A stretch of 64,000 nt of DNA from Pusillimonas sp. (GCA_040391135.1 JBEBYL010000013.1:3778-67777); one strand, 5' to 3'; positions 9,323-20,428 are shown, numbered from the stretch's first letter. Notes: a model not told the origin generated them from the letters alone. Program-made: numbers and translations.

Positions 9323-11095
9323 ATGCGGGCTCGAGCTGTTTGCCTGTTCTTGGCATGGGGCGTGGTCCATAGCGCCCATGCCGCTCCGCCCGAGGTCATC
9401 ATCGACCCGGGCGGGATTCCCCCTGAGGCTTTGCAATCCATCAACAGCGCGGTCCAGGCCATCACGCGGCTGGCCGAAGACCAGGACGGCGGCGAGGTTT
9501 CGCGCCTGCGGCGCCGCGCGCACGACGCGACCTTGTCGGCCCTGCAAACGCAAGGCTACTACGCGCCCACGGTCACGCTGGAAGTCAGTGAAGGCCTGGA
9601 CGGCGAGGCCTGGGACATCATCATAGAGCCGGGCGAGCTTACCCATGTGGACAGCGTGAACCTGGGGTTCAAGGGCCAGATCGAACGTCCCGAATTCGCT
9701 TCGCGCGTCCAGCTCCTGAAGGATCAATGGCCGCTTACGCAAGGCATGCCTTTCGTGAACGAGGCCTGGAGCAATGCCAAGGCGGGCTTGCTGGACGGCG
9801 TCAGCCGCAAGGATTTTTATTTCGCGCGCCTTGCCTCCACGCAGGCCACGGTGGACCCCGAGAAGTCCAAGGCCGATTTGTCGGTCCAGGTGGACAGCGG
9901 GCCGCGCGTCACGATGGGCGAGGTGACGGTGGTCGGCTTGAAGCGGGTGCCGGCCAGCCTGATTGACCGCTATGTGCGGTACACGCCGGGGGACCCTTAC
10001 GATCAGGACCTGCTGGATGAATGGCAGCAGGCCTTGCAAGCCACTTCGTTTTTTCGCGGCGCCTTTGTCACGCTCGATCAGGATCAATCGGCCAGGAAGA
10101 CCCAGCCCGATGGCGAAGTGGAACTGCCCGTGCGGGTGCAGGTGTCCGAGGCGCCCGCGCGGCGGGTCACCACGTCGCTGGGTGTGGACAGCGATCATGG
10201 CATCCGTGTCGAAGGCCTGTATCGGCAGAATGTGGTTTTTGGACAGCCGGTCTGGATAGAAACAGGCGCGGGCATCGACAAGGATCGCCAGCGCGCTTTC
10301 TTCGATGTGCATTTGCCGCCGACCACCAGTGGCTACAAGGACAGTGTGGGCGTGCTGTACGAGCATTCCGACATCGAGGGCCTGGACAACACGCGCGCCG
10401 GCCTGGGCTGGAAGCGGCGCCAGGAACGCAAGGCTGCGGGCGACAGCCGCGTCGAATACGAAACGCAATGGGGCTTGATCGGCGCCTACGACAAGACCCG
10501 CATCAGCGGCGCGCCGGGTTTCGAGGTTCCGACTCTGGTGGGCACCTGGCAATGGCTGCGCCGCGACGTGGACAAGAAGTACGATCCTCGCGAAGGCAAT
10601 CTGATCGACTTCGGCCTGGGCGCCGGCGTTACGCTGGACAAGGGCGAGCGCTTCTATCGGTCCAGCCTGCGCGTGCAGCAGTGGTGGCCGGTGGGGCGGC
10701 GCGACGTGCTGACTGTGCGGGGCGAGGTGGGCAAGGTCTGGTCCAAGACGGATCGCCTGCCGCAGGATTTCGGCTATCGCACGGGGGGCGCCCGCTCGAT
10801 ACGCGGCTACCGCTATCAAAGCATAGGCCTGCATCGCGGCGACGCCGTCATCGGGGCGCCCGCGCTGGCGGTGGGCAGTGTTGAGTACACGCACTATTTC
10901 ACCGAGCAGTGGGGCATGAATTTCTTTGTGGACGCCGGTGATGCGGCGGCTTCTTTCGGACAGATGAAGCTGTCGCTGGGTTATGGCGTGGGCATGGCGT
11001 TCCGCACGCCGGCCGGACCGTTCTTCGTGGACCTGGCCTATGGCCAGCGCGACAAGCGCCTGCGCTTGCACTTTTCCCTGGGTATTGCGTTTTGA
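9323..11095 (+). CDS. tamA: TamA-like outer-membrane protein assembly factor (Omp85/BamA family)
   Basis: The start is trimmed to MRARAVCLFLAWGVVHSAHA (signal peptide). POTRA-like repeats precede a C-terminal beta-barrel ending ...RLHFSLGIAF. It lies immediately upstream of tamB. Confidence 0.8.
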   Translation: MRARAVCLFLAWGVVHSAHAAPPEVIIDPGGIPPEALQSINSAVQAITRLAEDQDGGEVSRLRRRAHDATLSALQTQGYYAPTVTLEVSEGLDGEAWDIIIEPGELTHVDSVNLGFKGQIERPEFASRVQLLKDQWPLTQGMPFVNEAWSNAKAGLLDGVSRKDFYFARLASTQATVDPEKSKADLSVQVDSGPRVTMGEVTVVGLKRVPASLIDRYVRYTPGDPYDQDLLDEWQQALQATSFFRGAFVTLDQDQSARKTQPDGEVELPVRVQVSEAPARRVTTSLGVDSDHGIRVEGLYRQNVVFGQPVWIETGAGIDKDRQRAFFDVHLPPTTSGYKDSVGVLYEHSDIEGLDNTRAGLGWKRRQERKAAGDSRVEYETQWGLIGAYDKTRISGAPGFEVPTLVGTWQWLRRDVDKKYDPREGNLIDFGLGAGVTLDKGERFYRSSLRVQQWWPVGRRDVLTVRGEVGKVWSKTDRLPQDFGYRTGGARSIRGYRYQSIGLHRGDAVIGAPALAVGSVEYTHYFTEQWGMNFFVDAGDAAASFGQMKLSLGYGVGMAFRTPAGPFFVDLAYGQRDKRLRLHFSLGIAF

Positions 11096-14000
11096 TGACT
11101 GTGTTGCGCCGTCTTTTGCTGTGGCTGGTGCCGCCGCTTGTGCTGCTGGTCGTGGCGGTTTGCGGCTTCGTCTATTGGGTGGCGGCGACGCAGACCGGCA
11201 GCCGCTGGGCGCTGATCACCGCCGCCGAGCAGTTCGATGGCCAGGCGCGCGGTATATCGGGAACGCTTTGGAAGGGCTTGCAGGTCGGCGATTTTTCGAT
11301 GACCGTGCCGCAGGCTGTCGCGCTGAAGCTTGGCGACTTTCGCTTGCAGGTCGAATGGCGCGAACTATGGGACCGCCGCTTGCATGTCGCCGATTTGTCG
11401 GCCGGCAGCGTCGATCTTGACCTGCTTTCCGACCCGGATGCGCAGCCTTCTTCAGAACCCTTCCGCATGCCGGCCTTGCCGCTGCGTGTGGCCGTCGACC
11501 GTTTTGCCGTGGGTGAATTGCATGTCTCGCAGGATGGGAAGCCTGTGCCGCTGCGGGTGGGCCCGTTGTCCACGGCGCTTGCGCTGGACGAGAATGGCGG
11601 CCAATTGGTGCTGCAGCGCCTGGATGTCGAACACGAGATGTTGCGGGCCGAACTCAGCGGCGAGGTGGTATTAAAGGCATTGCAGGATCCGTGGCCCGTG
11701 CAGGCTCAATTGACGACGAGAGTTGTCGGCCGCGGGAATGATTCGCCCCTGTGTGCGAGCCGCTATGTTTCGACGCTGCCCGCAAGACAGGATGCGGGTA
11801 GCAAGAAGGGCAGGAATCAGGCTGCCAAGAACGCGGACGCCGGCGCCAAGGGCCTGAAAACACGGGATGACAAGAATAAGGATGAAGCAACAGGCTTGGA
11901 AGCCGCTTCCGATTGTACGCTCGACATCCAGACCACGCTGGCCGGCACGCTGGACGCCCTGAAGCTGGCAGTCAATGGCGCTGGCCAGGGCATGAGCATC
12001 GACGTCGATGCGAATCTTGCGCCTCGTGCCGCATTTCCCTTGAAGGACGCCACAGCCGCCTTGCATCTGGCGGACGGCTCCCTGCTTGAAAGCCGGCTGG
12101 ACTGGACATCCGAAGTGGTGGGCAAGGTGGTGCAGGATCGCCTGCAAGGAACGCTGAAAACAGAAAAACTCGATATCGGCCGCCTGGCGGGTTCCGCCAT
12201 TCCTCCCGCCGTGGTCAACATGGCCGCCAATTTCGATGTGCGATTGCATGACCGCGACCAGGTTCGATCGGCGGAAATCGCCATTGATTTTGCCGATGGA
12301 ACACGATGGAACAAGCAGGCGCTGGCGGGCCGCTTGAGCGCCCGTATCGTCAACGAGGCGGCGCCGAGCCCCGTGGCAGCCATCGAACCGCCGGTATCCG
12401 GAACCGGACCAGGCGTCCAAGCCGGGGCCGGGGCGGAAGCGGCCGCCGAGGCCGTCATGGACCAGCCGATCTGGAAGGGACTGAAGCTGGCGGCGGTGGA
12501 GATGGATTTGCGGCTGGGCAGAAATCGCCTGAAGGCCGACGGTTCGCTGGGTGCCGCGGACAGCCGGCTGAAGCTGGACCTGGCGGCGCCCCAGTTGGCG
12601 GCATTCTGGCCCGACCTTCCGGGTGGCGCCCAGTTGCGGGGCGAGGTGTCAGGCACCGTGGCCAGTCATAAGGCCGATCTGACCGCGCAGTACACGCCGG
12701 CCGGCAGCAAGCCGCAAGAGGTGGGCAGCGCGCCGGTCAAGGCGCATGCGGTGCTGGAGGGCGGCTGGGGAACAGGTCCGTCGGAGCAGGACCCGCTGGA
12801 AGGCTGGCGCGGTGTTGTGAAGACCCTGGACGTGGAGCATGCGGGCCTGGGCGTGAAGGCCGCCGCGCCCGCGCGTATCGCCTTTTTGCCGGCGGCGGCC
12901 GCGCCTGCCTGGCAATGGCAGGTGGGCGATACCCGCATCGATTTCCTGCTGTCTTCACAGCGCGTCTTCACCCTGGATCACAAGGCATCGCGCGGCGGCG
13001 CCGGGCGCTGGGAGACGCAGGGCGCGATTGCCCGCCTGCCGGTTTCGCCGCGGCTGATTGCCGATTTGCGCAAGAAACTGGATCCGGCCTTCCGCCATGA
13101 AGAGCAGCGGGGCGGAGTCAAGATCAAATCCGATCAAGGCAGCGACCTGACCGAGATCGTGCTGGCGCTGGACTGGAAGCTGGCTTTTTCCGGAGCGCTG
13201 GAGGGGCAGGCGCATATAGCGCGGGTATCGGGCGACCTTATGGTGCCGGCCGAACCGGCTTTTCCGCTGGGCTTGCAAGAGTTCGCCGTGAACCTGGTCG
13301 CCAGGAAGGCCGGAAACGCCGTAAGCCGGCTCAACGCCGAGGCGCGGATCGTGACGCGGGACATGGGTCGGGTATCGGCCAGCGCGTCGACGCTGCTGCA
13401 CGCGAGTCCCGGCGGCGGCCTGTTTCTTGACCCGAAAGACGCCAAGGCGGTCAAGATCGATGCCGATATCGACGACCTGGGGTGGACCAGCCTGCTGCTG
13501 GGCGACGCCATGGAACTGGGCGGCGCGGTGCAGGCCAGGGTGCAGCTGCAAAGCAAGCCGGACGGTAGCTGGGATACCGGCGGCACCATCACGGGCAGCA
13601 AGATCCGGGTCGTACGCATCGATGACGGCATACGCCTGCTCGATGGCACGCTTTCGGCCCGCTTGCAGGGCGATCGCCTGATTCTGGACAAACTGGCATT
13701 TCCGGCTGTCTTGAGGGTAACGCCCAAGGAATGGCGCACGGCGGAATGGGTCAACACCAATCCCGACGCAAAGGGCGGCAGCCTGACGCTTAGCGGCGAC
13801 TGGAACCTGTTCGAATCGCGGGGGCTGGTAAATATAGACCTGTATCGTTATCCGCTGCTGCAGCGCTCCGACCGCTACGCCATGGTCAGCGGCAAGCTGG
13901 CGCTGGATGCGGCCTTGCCGCGGATCGCGATCAAGGGGGCGCTGACCGCCGATGCCGGCTGGTTCGACCTGGACGTGCTGGGCGGCATACCCACCGTGGA

Positions 14001-14811
14001 TGGCGATGTGGTGGTCCTGCGGCCCGGCGAGACACAGAAGGACGTCAGCGCCCCGACGGACGTGTCCATGGATCTTGAACTGGACCTGGGGCCGCGTTTC
14101 TACCTGACCGGCTATGGCGTGAACTCCGGCCTGGTGGGCAAGCTGCATGTGATGATGGCGGATGGCAAGCTGACCGCCATGGGGGCCCTGCGCACGCGCG
14201 GCGGGGCCATCGAAGCTTATGGCCAGCGCCTGCAATTGCGCCGGGGCGCCATCACCTTCCAGGGCGATATCGCCAGCCCCGTACTGGACATCGAGGCGCT
14301 GCGCACGGGACTTGCTGTCGAGGCCGGCGTGCGGGTGGCCGGCACGGCCAAGCGGCCGCGCATCGACCTGGTGTCGTATCCGGCGGTCAGCGATATCGAG
14401 AAGCTTTCCTGGCTGCTGCTGGGCCATGGCCCCAACGATTCGGGCGGCGACGTGGCCCTGCTGTTTTCGGTGGGCACCTCGTTCCTGGGCAGCGGCGAGC
14501 CTTTCTACCGCAAGTTCGGGGTGGACGAGGTCAGCATACGATCGGGCGACCTGGGCGCGGCGGGCAGTATCCTTCCGGCCGAAAGCGTGGTCAGCGGCCT
14601 GGACAGCGGCACCAGCGACATTGAACGCAAGTTCATTACGGTCAGCAAGAAGCTGTCCAGCGGCATTACGCTGAGCATCCAGCAGGCGCTGTCGGACACG
14701 GGCACGGTGGGCAGGGCCAGCTACCGCCTGGCGCGCGGCCTGACGGCCGAGGTGACCGCCGGCACGGTCAATGGGCTGGCATTGGTTTACCGCTGGTTTT
14801 CCAGGGATTGA
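11095..14811 (+). CDS. tamB: TamB translocation and assembly module subunit (DUF490)
   Basis: This is a roughly 1238-aa protein with an N-terminal signal anchor, a long beta-rich body and a conserved C-terminal DUF490-like end (...GLALVYRWFSRD). The ATG overlaps the tamA stop (TGATG). Confidence 0.8.
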   Translation: MTVLRRLLLWLVPPLVLLVVAVCGFVYWVAATQTGSRWALITAAEQFDGQARGISGTLWKGLQVGDFSMTVPQAVALKLGDFRLQVEWRELWDRRLHVADLSAGSVDLDLLSDPDAQPSSEPFRMPALPLRVAVDRFAVGELHVSQDGKPVPLRVGPLSTALALDENGGQLVLQRLDVEHEMLRAELSGEVVLKALQDPWPVQAQLTTRVVGRGNDSPLCASRYVSTLPARQDAGSKKGRNQAAKNADAGAKGLKTRDDKNKDEATGLEAASDCTLDIQTTLAGTLDALKLAVNGAGQGMSIDVDANLAPRAAFPLKDATAALHLADGSLLESRLDWTSEVVGKVVQDRLQGTLKTEKLDIGRLAGSAIPPAVVNMAANFDVRLHDRDQVRSAEIAIDFADGTRWNKQALAGRLSARIVNEAAPSPVAAIEPPVSGTGPGVQAGAGAEAAAEAVMDQPIWKGLKLAAVEMDLRLGRNRLKADGSLGAADSRLKLDLAAPQLAAFWPDLPGGAQLRGEVSGTVASHKADLTAQYTPAGSKPQEVGSAPVKAHAVLEGGWGTGPSEQDPLEGWRGVVKTLDVEHAGLGVKAAAPARIAFLPAAAAPAWQWQVGDTRIDFLLSSQRVFTLDHKASRGGAGRWETQGAIARLPVSPRLIADLRKKLDPAFRHEEQRGGVKIKSDQGSDLTEIVLALDWKLAFSGALEGQAHIARVSGDLMVPAEPAFPLGLQEFAVNLVARKAGNAVSRLNAEARIVTRDMGRVSASASTLLHASPGGGLFLDPKDAKAVKIDADIDDLGWTSLLLGDAMELGGAVQARVQLQSKPDGSWDTGGTITGSKIRVVRIDDGIRLLDGTLSARLQGDRLILDKLAFPAVLRVTPKEWRTAEWVNTNPDAKGGSLTLSGDWNLFESRGLVNIDLYRYPLLQRSDRYAMVSGKLALDAALPRIAIKGALTADAGWFDLDVLGGIPTVDGDVVVLRPGETQKDVSAPTDVSMDLELDLGPRFYLTGYGVNSGLVGKLHVMMADGKLTAMGALRTRGGAIEAYGQRLQLRRGAITFQGDIASPVLDIEALRTGLAVEAGVRVAGTAKRPRIDLVSYPAVSDIEKLSWLLLGHGPNDSGGDVALLFSVGTSFLGSGEPFYRKFGVDEVSIRSGDLGAAGSILPAESVVSGLDSGTSDIERKFITVSKKLSSGITLSIQQALSDTGTVGRASYRLARGLTAEVTAGTVNGLALVYRWFSRD

Positions 14812-14885
14812 ATTTGTTTTGCCCCATCCGCGCTTCTTGGGCGCACAGGGGATAAAATACGCGCCAACGTAATAAGGTTAGGGCT

Positions 14886-15449
14886 ATGAGCATAAAAAAC
14901 GACCGTTGGATCCGGCAGTCGGCCGGCACTGGAATGATAGAGCCGTTCGAGCCGGGCCAGGTCCGTTCGGTCAATGGCAACCGCATCGTCAGCTATGGCA
15001 CCAGCAGCTACGGCTACGACGTTCGCTGCGCCAATGAATTCAAGATATTCACCAATATCAATTCGACCATCGTCGACCCCAAGGCTTTCGATGAAAAGTC
15101 CTTTGTCGATTTTACCGGCGACGTGTGCATCATTCCGCCGAACTCCTTCGCGCTGGCCCGCACGGTGGAGTATTTCCGCATTCCCCGCAGCGTTCTCACG
15201 GTCTGCCTGGGCAAGAGCACCTATGCCCGTTGCGGCATCATCGTCAACGTGACGCCGCTGGAGCCCGAATGGGAAGGCCATGTCACGCTGGAGTTTTCCA
15301 ATACCACGCCCTTGCCGGCGAAGATCTATGCGGGCGAAGGCTGCGCGCAAATGCTGTTCTTCGAAAGCGACGAAGTCTGCGAGACATCCTATCGCGACCG
15401 CGGCGGTAAATACCAGGGACAGCAGGGTGTGACCCTGCCTCGTACCTAG
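14886..15449 (+). CDS. dcd: dCTP deaminase
   Basis: The 187-aa ORF contains SSYGYDVR...[10 protein letters not shown]...[14 protein letters not shown], classic Dcd motifs. Confidence 0.95.
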   Translation: MSIKNDRWIRQSAGTGMIEPFEPGQVRSVNGNRIVSYGTSSYGYDVRCANEFKIFTNINSTIVDPKAFDEKSFVDFTGDVCIIPPNSFALARTVEYFRIPRSVLTVCLGKSTYARCGIIVNVTPLEPEWEGHVTLEFSNTTPLPAKIYAGEGCAQMLFFESDEVCETSYRDRGGKYQGQQGVTLPRT

Positions 15450-15462
15450 CTGGAGCCATTGA

Positions 15463-17724
15463 ATGAAATTTCGTTTCCCCATCGTCATCATCGATGAAGA
15501 CTACCGCTCCGAGAATGCCTCGGGCTTTGGTATTCGTGCCCTGGCCTCGGCCATAGAGGCCGAAGGCGTCGAGGTGCTGGGCGTGACCAGCTACGGCGAC
15601 CTGAGCTCGTTCGCACAGCAGCAAAGCCGCGCCAGCGCGTTCATTTTGTCGATCGACGATGAGGAATTCGACGTCGATTCGCCCGAGGACGTGGCCAACG
15701 CCATCAAGAACCTGCGCTCCTTCATCGGTGAACTGCGTTTCCGCAACGAAGAGATCCCCATCTATCTGTACGGCGAAACGCGCACCTCGCAGCATATTCC
15801 CAACGACATATTGCGCGAGCTGCACGGCTTCATCCATATGTTCGAGGACACGCCGGAGTTCGTTGCGCGGCACATCATCCGCGAGGCGCGCGCCTACCTG
15901 GATGGCCTGGCGCCGCCGTTCTTCCGCGAGCTGGTCAAGTATGCGTCGGATGGCTCGTATTCCTGGCACTGCCCCGGGCATTCGGGCGGCGTGGCCTTCC
16001 TGAAAAGCCCGGTGGGCCAGATGTTCCACCAGTTCTTCGGCGAAAACATGCTGCGCGCCGACGTGTGCAACGCGGTCGACGAACTGGGCCAGTTGCTGGA
16101 CCACACCGGCCCCGTCGCCGAATCGGAACTGAATGCCGCGCGCATCTTCCATGCCGATCACTGCTTCTTCGTGACCAATGGCACGTCCACCTCGAACAAG
16201 ATCGTGTGGCATGCCAACGTGGCGTCGGACGACGTGGTGGTGGTCGACCGCAACTGCCACAAGTCCATTTTGCACGCCATCACCATGACGGGCGCCATTC
16301 CGGTCTTCCTGCGCCCCACGCGCAACCACCTGGGCATCATCGGCCCCATTCCGCTGGAAGAGTTCGAGCCGGACAATATCCGCAAGAAGATCGAAGCCAA
16401 CCCGTTCGCGCGCAATGCCAAGGACAAGCGTCCGCGCATTCTTACGCTTACGCAAAGCACCTACGACGGCGTCATCTACAACGTAGAGATGATCAAGGAA
16501 AAGCTGGGTTCCGAAATCGACACGCTGCATTTCGACGAAGCCTGGCTGCCGCATGCCGCCTTCCACGAATTCTATAAAGACATGCACGCCATCGGCGAGA
16601 ACCGGCCGCGCAGCCAGGACGCCATGGTGTTTGCCACGCACTCCACGCACAAGCTGCTGGCCGGCCTGTCGCAGGCCTCGCAGATCACGGTGCAGGATTC
16701 GGAAACCCGCAAGCTGGACCGCAACGTCTTCAACGAAGCCTATCTGATGCACACGTCGACCTCGCCGCAGTACGCCATTATTGCGTCCTGCGATGTGGCG
16801 GCGGCCATGATGGAGCCCCCCGGGGGCACCGCGCTGGTCGAGGAAAGCATTGCCGAGGCCTTGGATTTCCGCCGCGCAATGCGCAAGGTGGAGTCCGAGT
16901 TCGGCAAGAACGACTGGTGGTTCAAGGTATGGGGCCCCAACCGCCTGGTGTCCGACGGCATCGGCAACCGGGACGACTGGCTGCTTGAATCCGGCGACGA
17001 ATGGCACGGCTTCGGCGACCTGGCCGAAGGCTTCAACATGCTGGACCCCATCAAGGCCACGGTGGTCACGCCGGGCCTGGATATCTCGGGCACCTTTGCC
17101 GAGACCGGCATCCCGGCCGCCCTGGTGTCCAAATACCTGGCCGAGCACGGCGTGGTCATCGAGAAGACCGGCCTGTATTCCTTCTTCATCCTGTTCACCA
17201 TAGGCATCACCAAGGGCCGCTGGAACACGCTGCTGACGGCCTTGCAGCAGTTCAAGGACGACTACGACCGCAACCAGCCCATGTGGCGCATCTTGCCGGA
17301 CTTCTGCAAAGAGCATCGCCGCTACGAGAAGATGGGCCTGCGCGACCTGTGCCAGCAGATCCACGAAGCCTATCGCAAGTACGACCTGGCGCGCCTGACG
17401 ACCGAGGTCTACCTTAGCGACATGATTCCGGCCATGAAGCCGTCGGACGCCTACGCCAAGATGGCGCACCGGGAAGCCGAGCGCGTCAGCATCGACGACC
17501 TGGAAGGCCGCGTGACCGGTGTGCTGCTTACCCCTTACCCGCCGGGCATTCCGCTGCTGATTCCGGGCGAGCGCTTCAACAAGCGCATCGTCAATTACCT
17601 GCAGTTCGCCCGCGAGTTCAATGCCAAGTTCCCCGGCTTCGAAACCTATGTCCACGGCCTGGCCCAGGACATGGGGCCGGACGGCATGGACAGGTATTAC
17701 GTCGACTGCATCAAGGAAAACTAA
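15463..17724 (+). CDS. Orn/Lys/Arg decarboxylase family 1 (biodegradative-type, PLP-dependent)
   Basis: The 753-aa ORF has an N-terminal wing domain and the PLP-lysine region ATHSTHKLL. Overall architecture matches the LdcC/AdiA/SpeF family. Confidence 0.9.
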   Translation: MKFRFPIVIIDEDYRSENASGFGIRALASAIEAEGVEVLGVTSYGDLSSFAQQQSRASAFILSIDDEEFDVDSPEDVANAIKNLRSFIGELRFRNEEIPIYLYGETRTSQHIPNDILRELHGFIHMFEDTPEFVARHIIREARAYLDGLAPPFFRELVKYASDGSYSWHCPGHSGGVAFLKSPVGQMFHQFFGENMLRADVCNAVDELGQLLDHTGPVAESELNAARIFHADHCFFVTNGTSTSNKIVWHANVASDDVVVVDRNCHKSILHAITMTGAIPVFLRPTRNHLGIIGPIPLEEFEPDNIRKKIEANPFARNAKDKRPRILTLTQSTYDGVIYNVEMIKEKLGSEIDTLHFDEAWLPHAAFHEFYKDMHAIGENRPRSQDAMVFATHSTHKLLAGLSQASQITVQDSETRKLDRNVFNEAYLMHTSTSPQYAIIASCDVAAAMMEPPGGTALVEESIAEALDFRRAMRKVESEFGKNDWWFKVWGPNRLVSDGIGNRDDWLLESGDEWHGFGDLAEGFNMLDPIKATVVTPGLDISGTFAETGIPAALVSKYLAEHGVVIEKTGLYSFFILFTIGITKGRWNTLLTALQQFKDDYDRNQPMWRILPDFCKEHRRYEKMGLRDLCQQIHEAYRKYDLARLTTEVYLSDMIPAMKPSDAYAKMAHREAERVSIDDLEGRVTGVLLTPYPPGIPLLIPGERFNKRIVNYLQFAREFNAKFPGFETYVHGLAQDMGPDGMDRYYVDCIKEN

Positions 17725-17726
17725 GC

Positions 17727-18995
17727 TTGGCATCCGGCGGTTTTGATGTGGCGGTCATCGGCGCCGGCGCAGCCGGCATGATGGCCGCCGCCGTCGCGGG
17801 CCAGCGCGGACGGCGCGTGGTCCTGATCGAACACGCGGCGCGCCTGGCCGAGAAGATCCGCATTTCGGGCGGGGGGCGCTGCAACTTCACCAATATCGGT
17901 ACGGGGCCCGCCAATTTCCTGTCCCAGAATCCCGACTTCTGCCGATCGGCGCTGGCGGCCTACACGCCGCGCGATTTCATCGACCTGGTGGCAAAGCATG
18001 GCATTGCCTGGCACGAGAAGCATCGCGGCCAGTTGTTCTGCGACAACTCCAGCGAAGAGATCATCGCCATGCTCAAGCGCGAGTGCGATCTTGGGCGCGT
18101 CGCATGGCGCATGCCCTGCGCGGTGCAGGGCGTGGCGCGCCACGAGGATGGCTATCTTTTGCAGACCAGCCAGGGCGCAGTCGCGGCCCGCCAGCTTGTC
18201 CTGGCCACCGGCGGGATGGCAATTCCGCAACTGGGCGCGACCGATTTCGCGCTGGGCATCGCCCGGCAGTTCGGCCTGAAAGTGGTCGAGCCCCGGCCGG
18301 CGCTGGTGCCGCTGGTTTTCGATGCCCAGGCTTGGGAGCCGTTCGGATCGCTCAGCGGCGTCGCCCTGGAAGTGGAAATCCAGGCCGAGGCGGAAGATGG
18401 CCGGCCCGCCGGTGCTCCGGCGCGTCGCTCAGGCAAGGGCAAGCGCAATACCGTGTTTTTGGAAGACCTGCTGTTTACCCATCGCGGCCTGTCCGGTCCG
18501 GCGGTGTTGCAGGTGTCCAGCTACTGGAATCCCGGCGAACCCATCCGCATCGATCTGGCGCCGGGCCAGAACCTGGAGCAAAGCCTGCTGGATGCTAAAT
18601 CGGGCAGCCGGCAGCAATTGGCCACCGTTCTGGCGGGCCTGTGGCCCAAGCGCCTGGCGGAGCAATGGCTGGCCAACGCCGCTACGGCGGGCGGCATGGA
18701 TATCGGCACGCAGCGCCTGGCCGATGTTCCCGACAAGACCTTGCGGGAGCTGGCCGCGAACATCCACCATTGGACGCTGGTCCCCAGCGGAACGGCCGGC
18801 TACAAGAAGGCCGAGGTGATGCGCGGCGGGGTCGATACCCGTGGAATCAATCAGAAAACCATGGAAGCCCGCAATGCGCCCGGCCTGTATTTCATTGGCG
18901 AGGCGCTGGATGTGACGGGCTGGCTGGGCGGCTATAACTTCCAGTGGGCCTGGGCGTCGGGCGCCGCTTGCGGGCGGGCATTGAGCGCCGCCTAG
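17727..18995 (+). CDS. HI0933/YhiN-family NAD(P)/FAD-dependent oxidoreductase
   Basis: It has a TTG start, the dinucleotide fold [15 protein letters not shown], then [11 protein letters not shown] and a C-terminal [12 protein letters not shown] motif. Confidence 0.85.
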   Translation: MASGGFDVAVIGAGAAGMMAAAVAGQRGRRVVLIEHAARLAEKIRISGGGRCNFTNIGTGPANFLSQNPDFCRSALAAYTPRDFIDLVAKHGIAWHEKHRGQLFCDNSSEEIIAMLKRECDLGRVAWRMPCAVQGVARHEDGYLLQTSQGAVAARQLVLATGGMAIPQLGATDFALGIARQFGLKVVEPRPALVPLVFDAQAWEPFGSLSGVALEVEIQAEAEDGRPAGAPARRSGKGKRNTVFLEDLLFTHRGLSGPAVLQVSSYWNPGEPIRIDLAPGQNLEQSLLDAKSGSRQQLATVLAGLWPKRLAEQWLANAATAGGMDIGTQRLADVPDKTLRELAANIHHWTLVPSGTAGYKKAEVMRGGVDTRGINQKTMEARNAPGLYFIGEALDVTGWLGGYNFQWAWASGAACGRALSAA

Positions 18996-19059
18996 GCCGG
19001 CGTTTTATTTCATTTGGCGTTCTGCACGCTTTCGAGTTATTCTTTGCGACTGCTGTCAC

Positions 19060-19275
19060 TTACACAGAGTGGGAGAGTGTCGATTTTTCGACCGCCGAAG
19101 GCGCAATTCGCCCAGAATCGCTCAGGCACCCCGTACCGCTCGTGGTTTGTTTGGCTGATCGCCAGGCAAGGCAGCATTCTGGAGAGACTCGTTCCGCCCC
19201 ATGGGCAGGGCTTCGAGCGCCGAAGGTGAACGCCCGCCATTGCGGGTCAACTCTCAGGCAAAAGGACAGAAGGGC
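19060..19275 (+). ncRNA. Tandem glycine riboswitch (two aptamers) leader of gcvTHP
   Basis: Aptamer 1 reads GGGAGAG...CCGCCGAAGGCGCAA...CTCAGGCA (19071-19130). Aptamer 2 reads CTGGAGAG...GCGCCGAAGGTGAA...CTCAGGCAAAAGGACAG (19179-19269). Both lie directly upstream of gcvT. Confidence 0.8.
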
Positions 19276-19333
19276 GGTGCCGGCCAGCACTTCGTTGGCT
19301 TACGTCGTTCGTTTCCCGTCTTCCGGAGTCTCC

Positions 19334-20428
19334 ATGTCTTCAGTCTTAAAGCATACCCCGCTGCATTCCATCCACCTCGAGTCCGGTGCCAAAATGGTCG
19401 ATTTCGGGGGCTGGGACATGCCCGTGTCCTATGGATCCCAGCTTGAAGAGCACCATGCGGTGCGCCAGGATGCCGGGATGTTCGACGTATCCCACATGTT
19501 GAATGTCGATGTGAACGGCAACGACGCGCTGCCCTATCTGCGGCGCTTGCTGGCCAATGACGCGGCCAAGCTGACGGTTCCGGGCAAGGCCTTGTATTCC
19601 TGCATGTTGAACGCTGAAGGCGGCGTCATCGATGACCTTATCGTTTATTTCTTCAGCGTCGATGCATGGCGGGTGGTGGTCAATGCCGGCACCGCCGACA
19701 AGGACGTGGCCTGGATGCAGCAAGTTGCAAGCTCCGAAAATTTCGATGTCAGCATTACGCCGCGCCGCGACCTGGCCATGGTGGCCGTGCAAGGGCCTAA
19801 CGCGCGTGAAAAGCTGTGGTCCGTGCGTCCCGACTGGAAGCCTGCAACGCAAGACTTGACCCCGTTTACCGGCGCTATGGTCGCCGACGACACGCTGGTG
19901 GCGCGCACGGGCTATACCGGCGAGGACGGCTTCGAGGTTGTCCTGCCCGCCGCGCAGGTGGAAGCATTCTGGCGCGACTTGGCCGGCAAGGGCGTGCGGC
20001 CCTGCGGCCTGGGCGCGCGCGACACGCTAAGGCTGGAAGCGGGCATGAACCTGTACGGCCAGGAAATGGACGAGCAGGTCAATCCGCTGGTGTCCGGCCT
20101 GGCCTGGACCGTGTCGCTTAAAGATGCCGACCGCAATTTCATCGGACGCGATGCGCTGGAATCGGCGGTGGTCGATCGCGGGCTGATAGGGGTCAAGCTG
20201 CTGGAACGCGGCGTGATGCGCGGCCACATGAAGGTCCGCGCGGAGCAGGGCGAAGGCGAATTGACCAGCGGCTCCATGTCGCCGACCATGGGCGTATCCA
20301 TCGGCATGGCGCGCGTTCCGCTCGGCGTTCAGCCGGGCGATGCCCTGCAGGTGGAAATTCGCGGCAAATGGCTGCCGGCCGAAGCTGTAAAAATGCCGTT
20401 CGTACGCAACGGCAAAATCATTGCCTAA
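19334..20428 (+). CDS. gcvT: Glycine cleavage system aminomethyltransferase T
   Basis: The start is trimmed to [34 protein letters not shown]. The upstream part of the track ORF overlaps the riboswitch. Confidence 0.95.
   Translation: MSSVLKHTPLHSIHLESGAKMVDFGGWDMPVSYGSQLEEHHAVRQDAGMFDVSHMLNVDVNGNDALPYLRRLLANDAAKLTVPGKALYSCMLNAEGGVIDDLIVYFFSVDAWRVVVNAGTADKDVAWMQQVASSENFDVSITPRRDLAMVAVQGPNAREKLWSVRPDWKPATQDLTPFTGAMVADDTLVARTGYTGEDGFEVVLPAAQVEAFWRDLAGKGVRPCGLGARDTLRLEAGMNLYGQEMDEQVNPLVSGLAWTVSLKDADRNFIGRDALESAVVDRGLIGVKLLERGVMRGHMKVRAEQGEGELTSGSMSPTMGVSIGMARVPLGVQPGDALQVEIRGKWLPAEAVKMPFVRNGKIIA

Noticed and set aside
15283-17733. An 816-aa minus-strand ORF opposite the Lys/Orn/Arg decarboxylase. 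Similar long antisense ORFs lie at 9320..11071, 12955..14427, 41448..43124, 51609..53453, 55852..58323, 59967..61460 and 62046..63860.
   Set aside because: All are mirror-frame ORFs of well-supported genes. Their composition is low-complexity and rich in R/A/G/P/H/Q, with no motifs.
18944-19333. An N-terminal 130-aa extension of the gcvT ORF.
   Set aside because: It overlaps the end of the preceding gene and the glycine riboswitch. Conserved GcvT sequence begins at [11 protein letters not shown] (19334).
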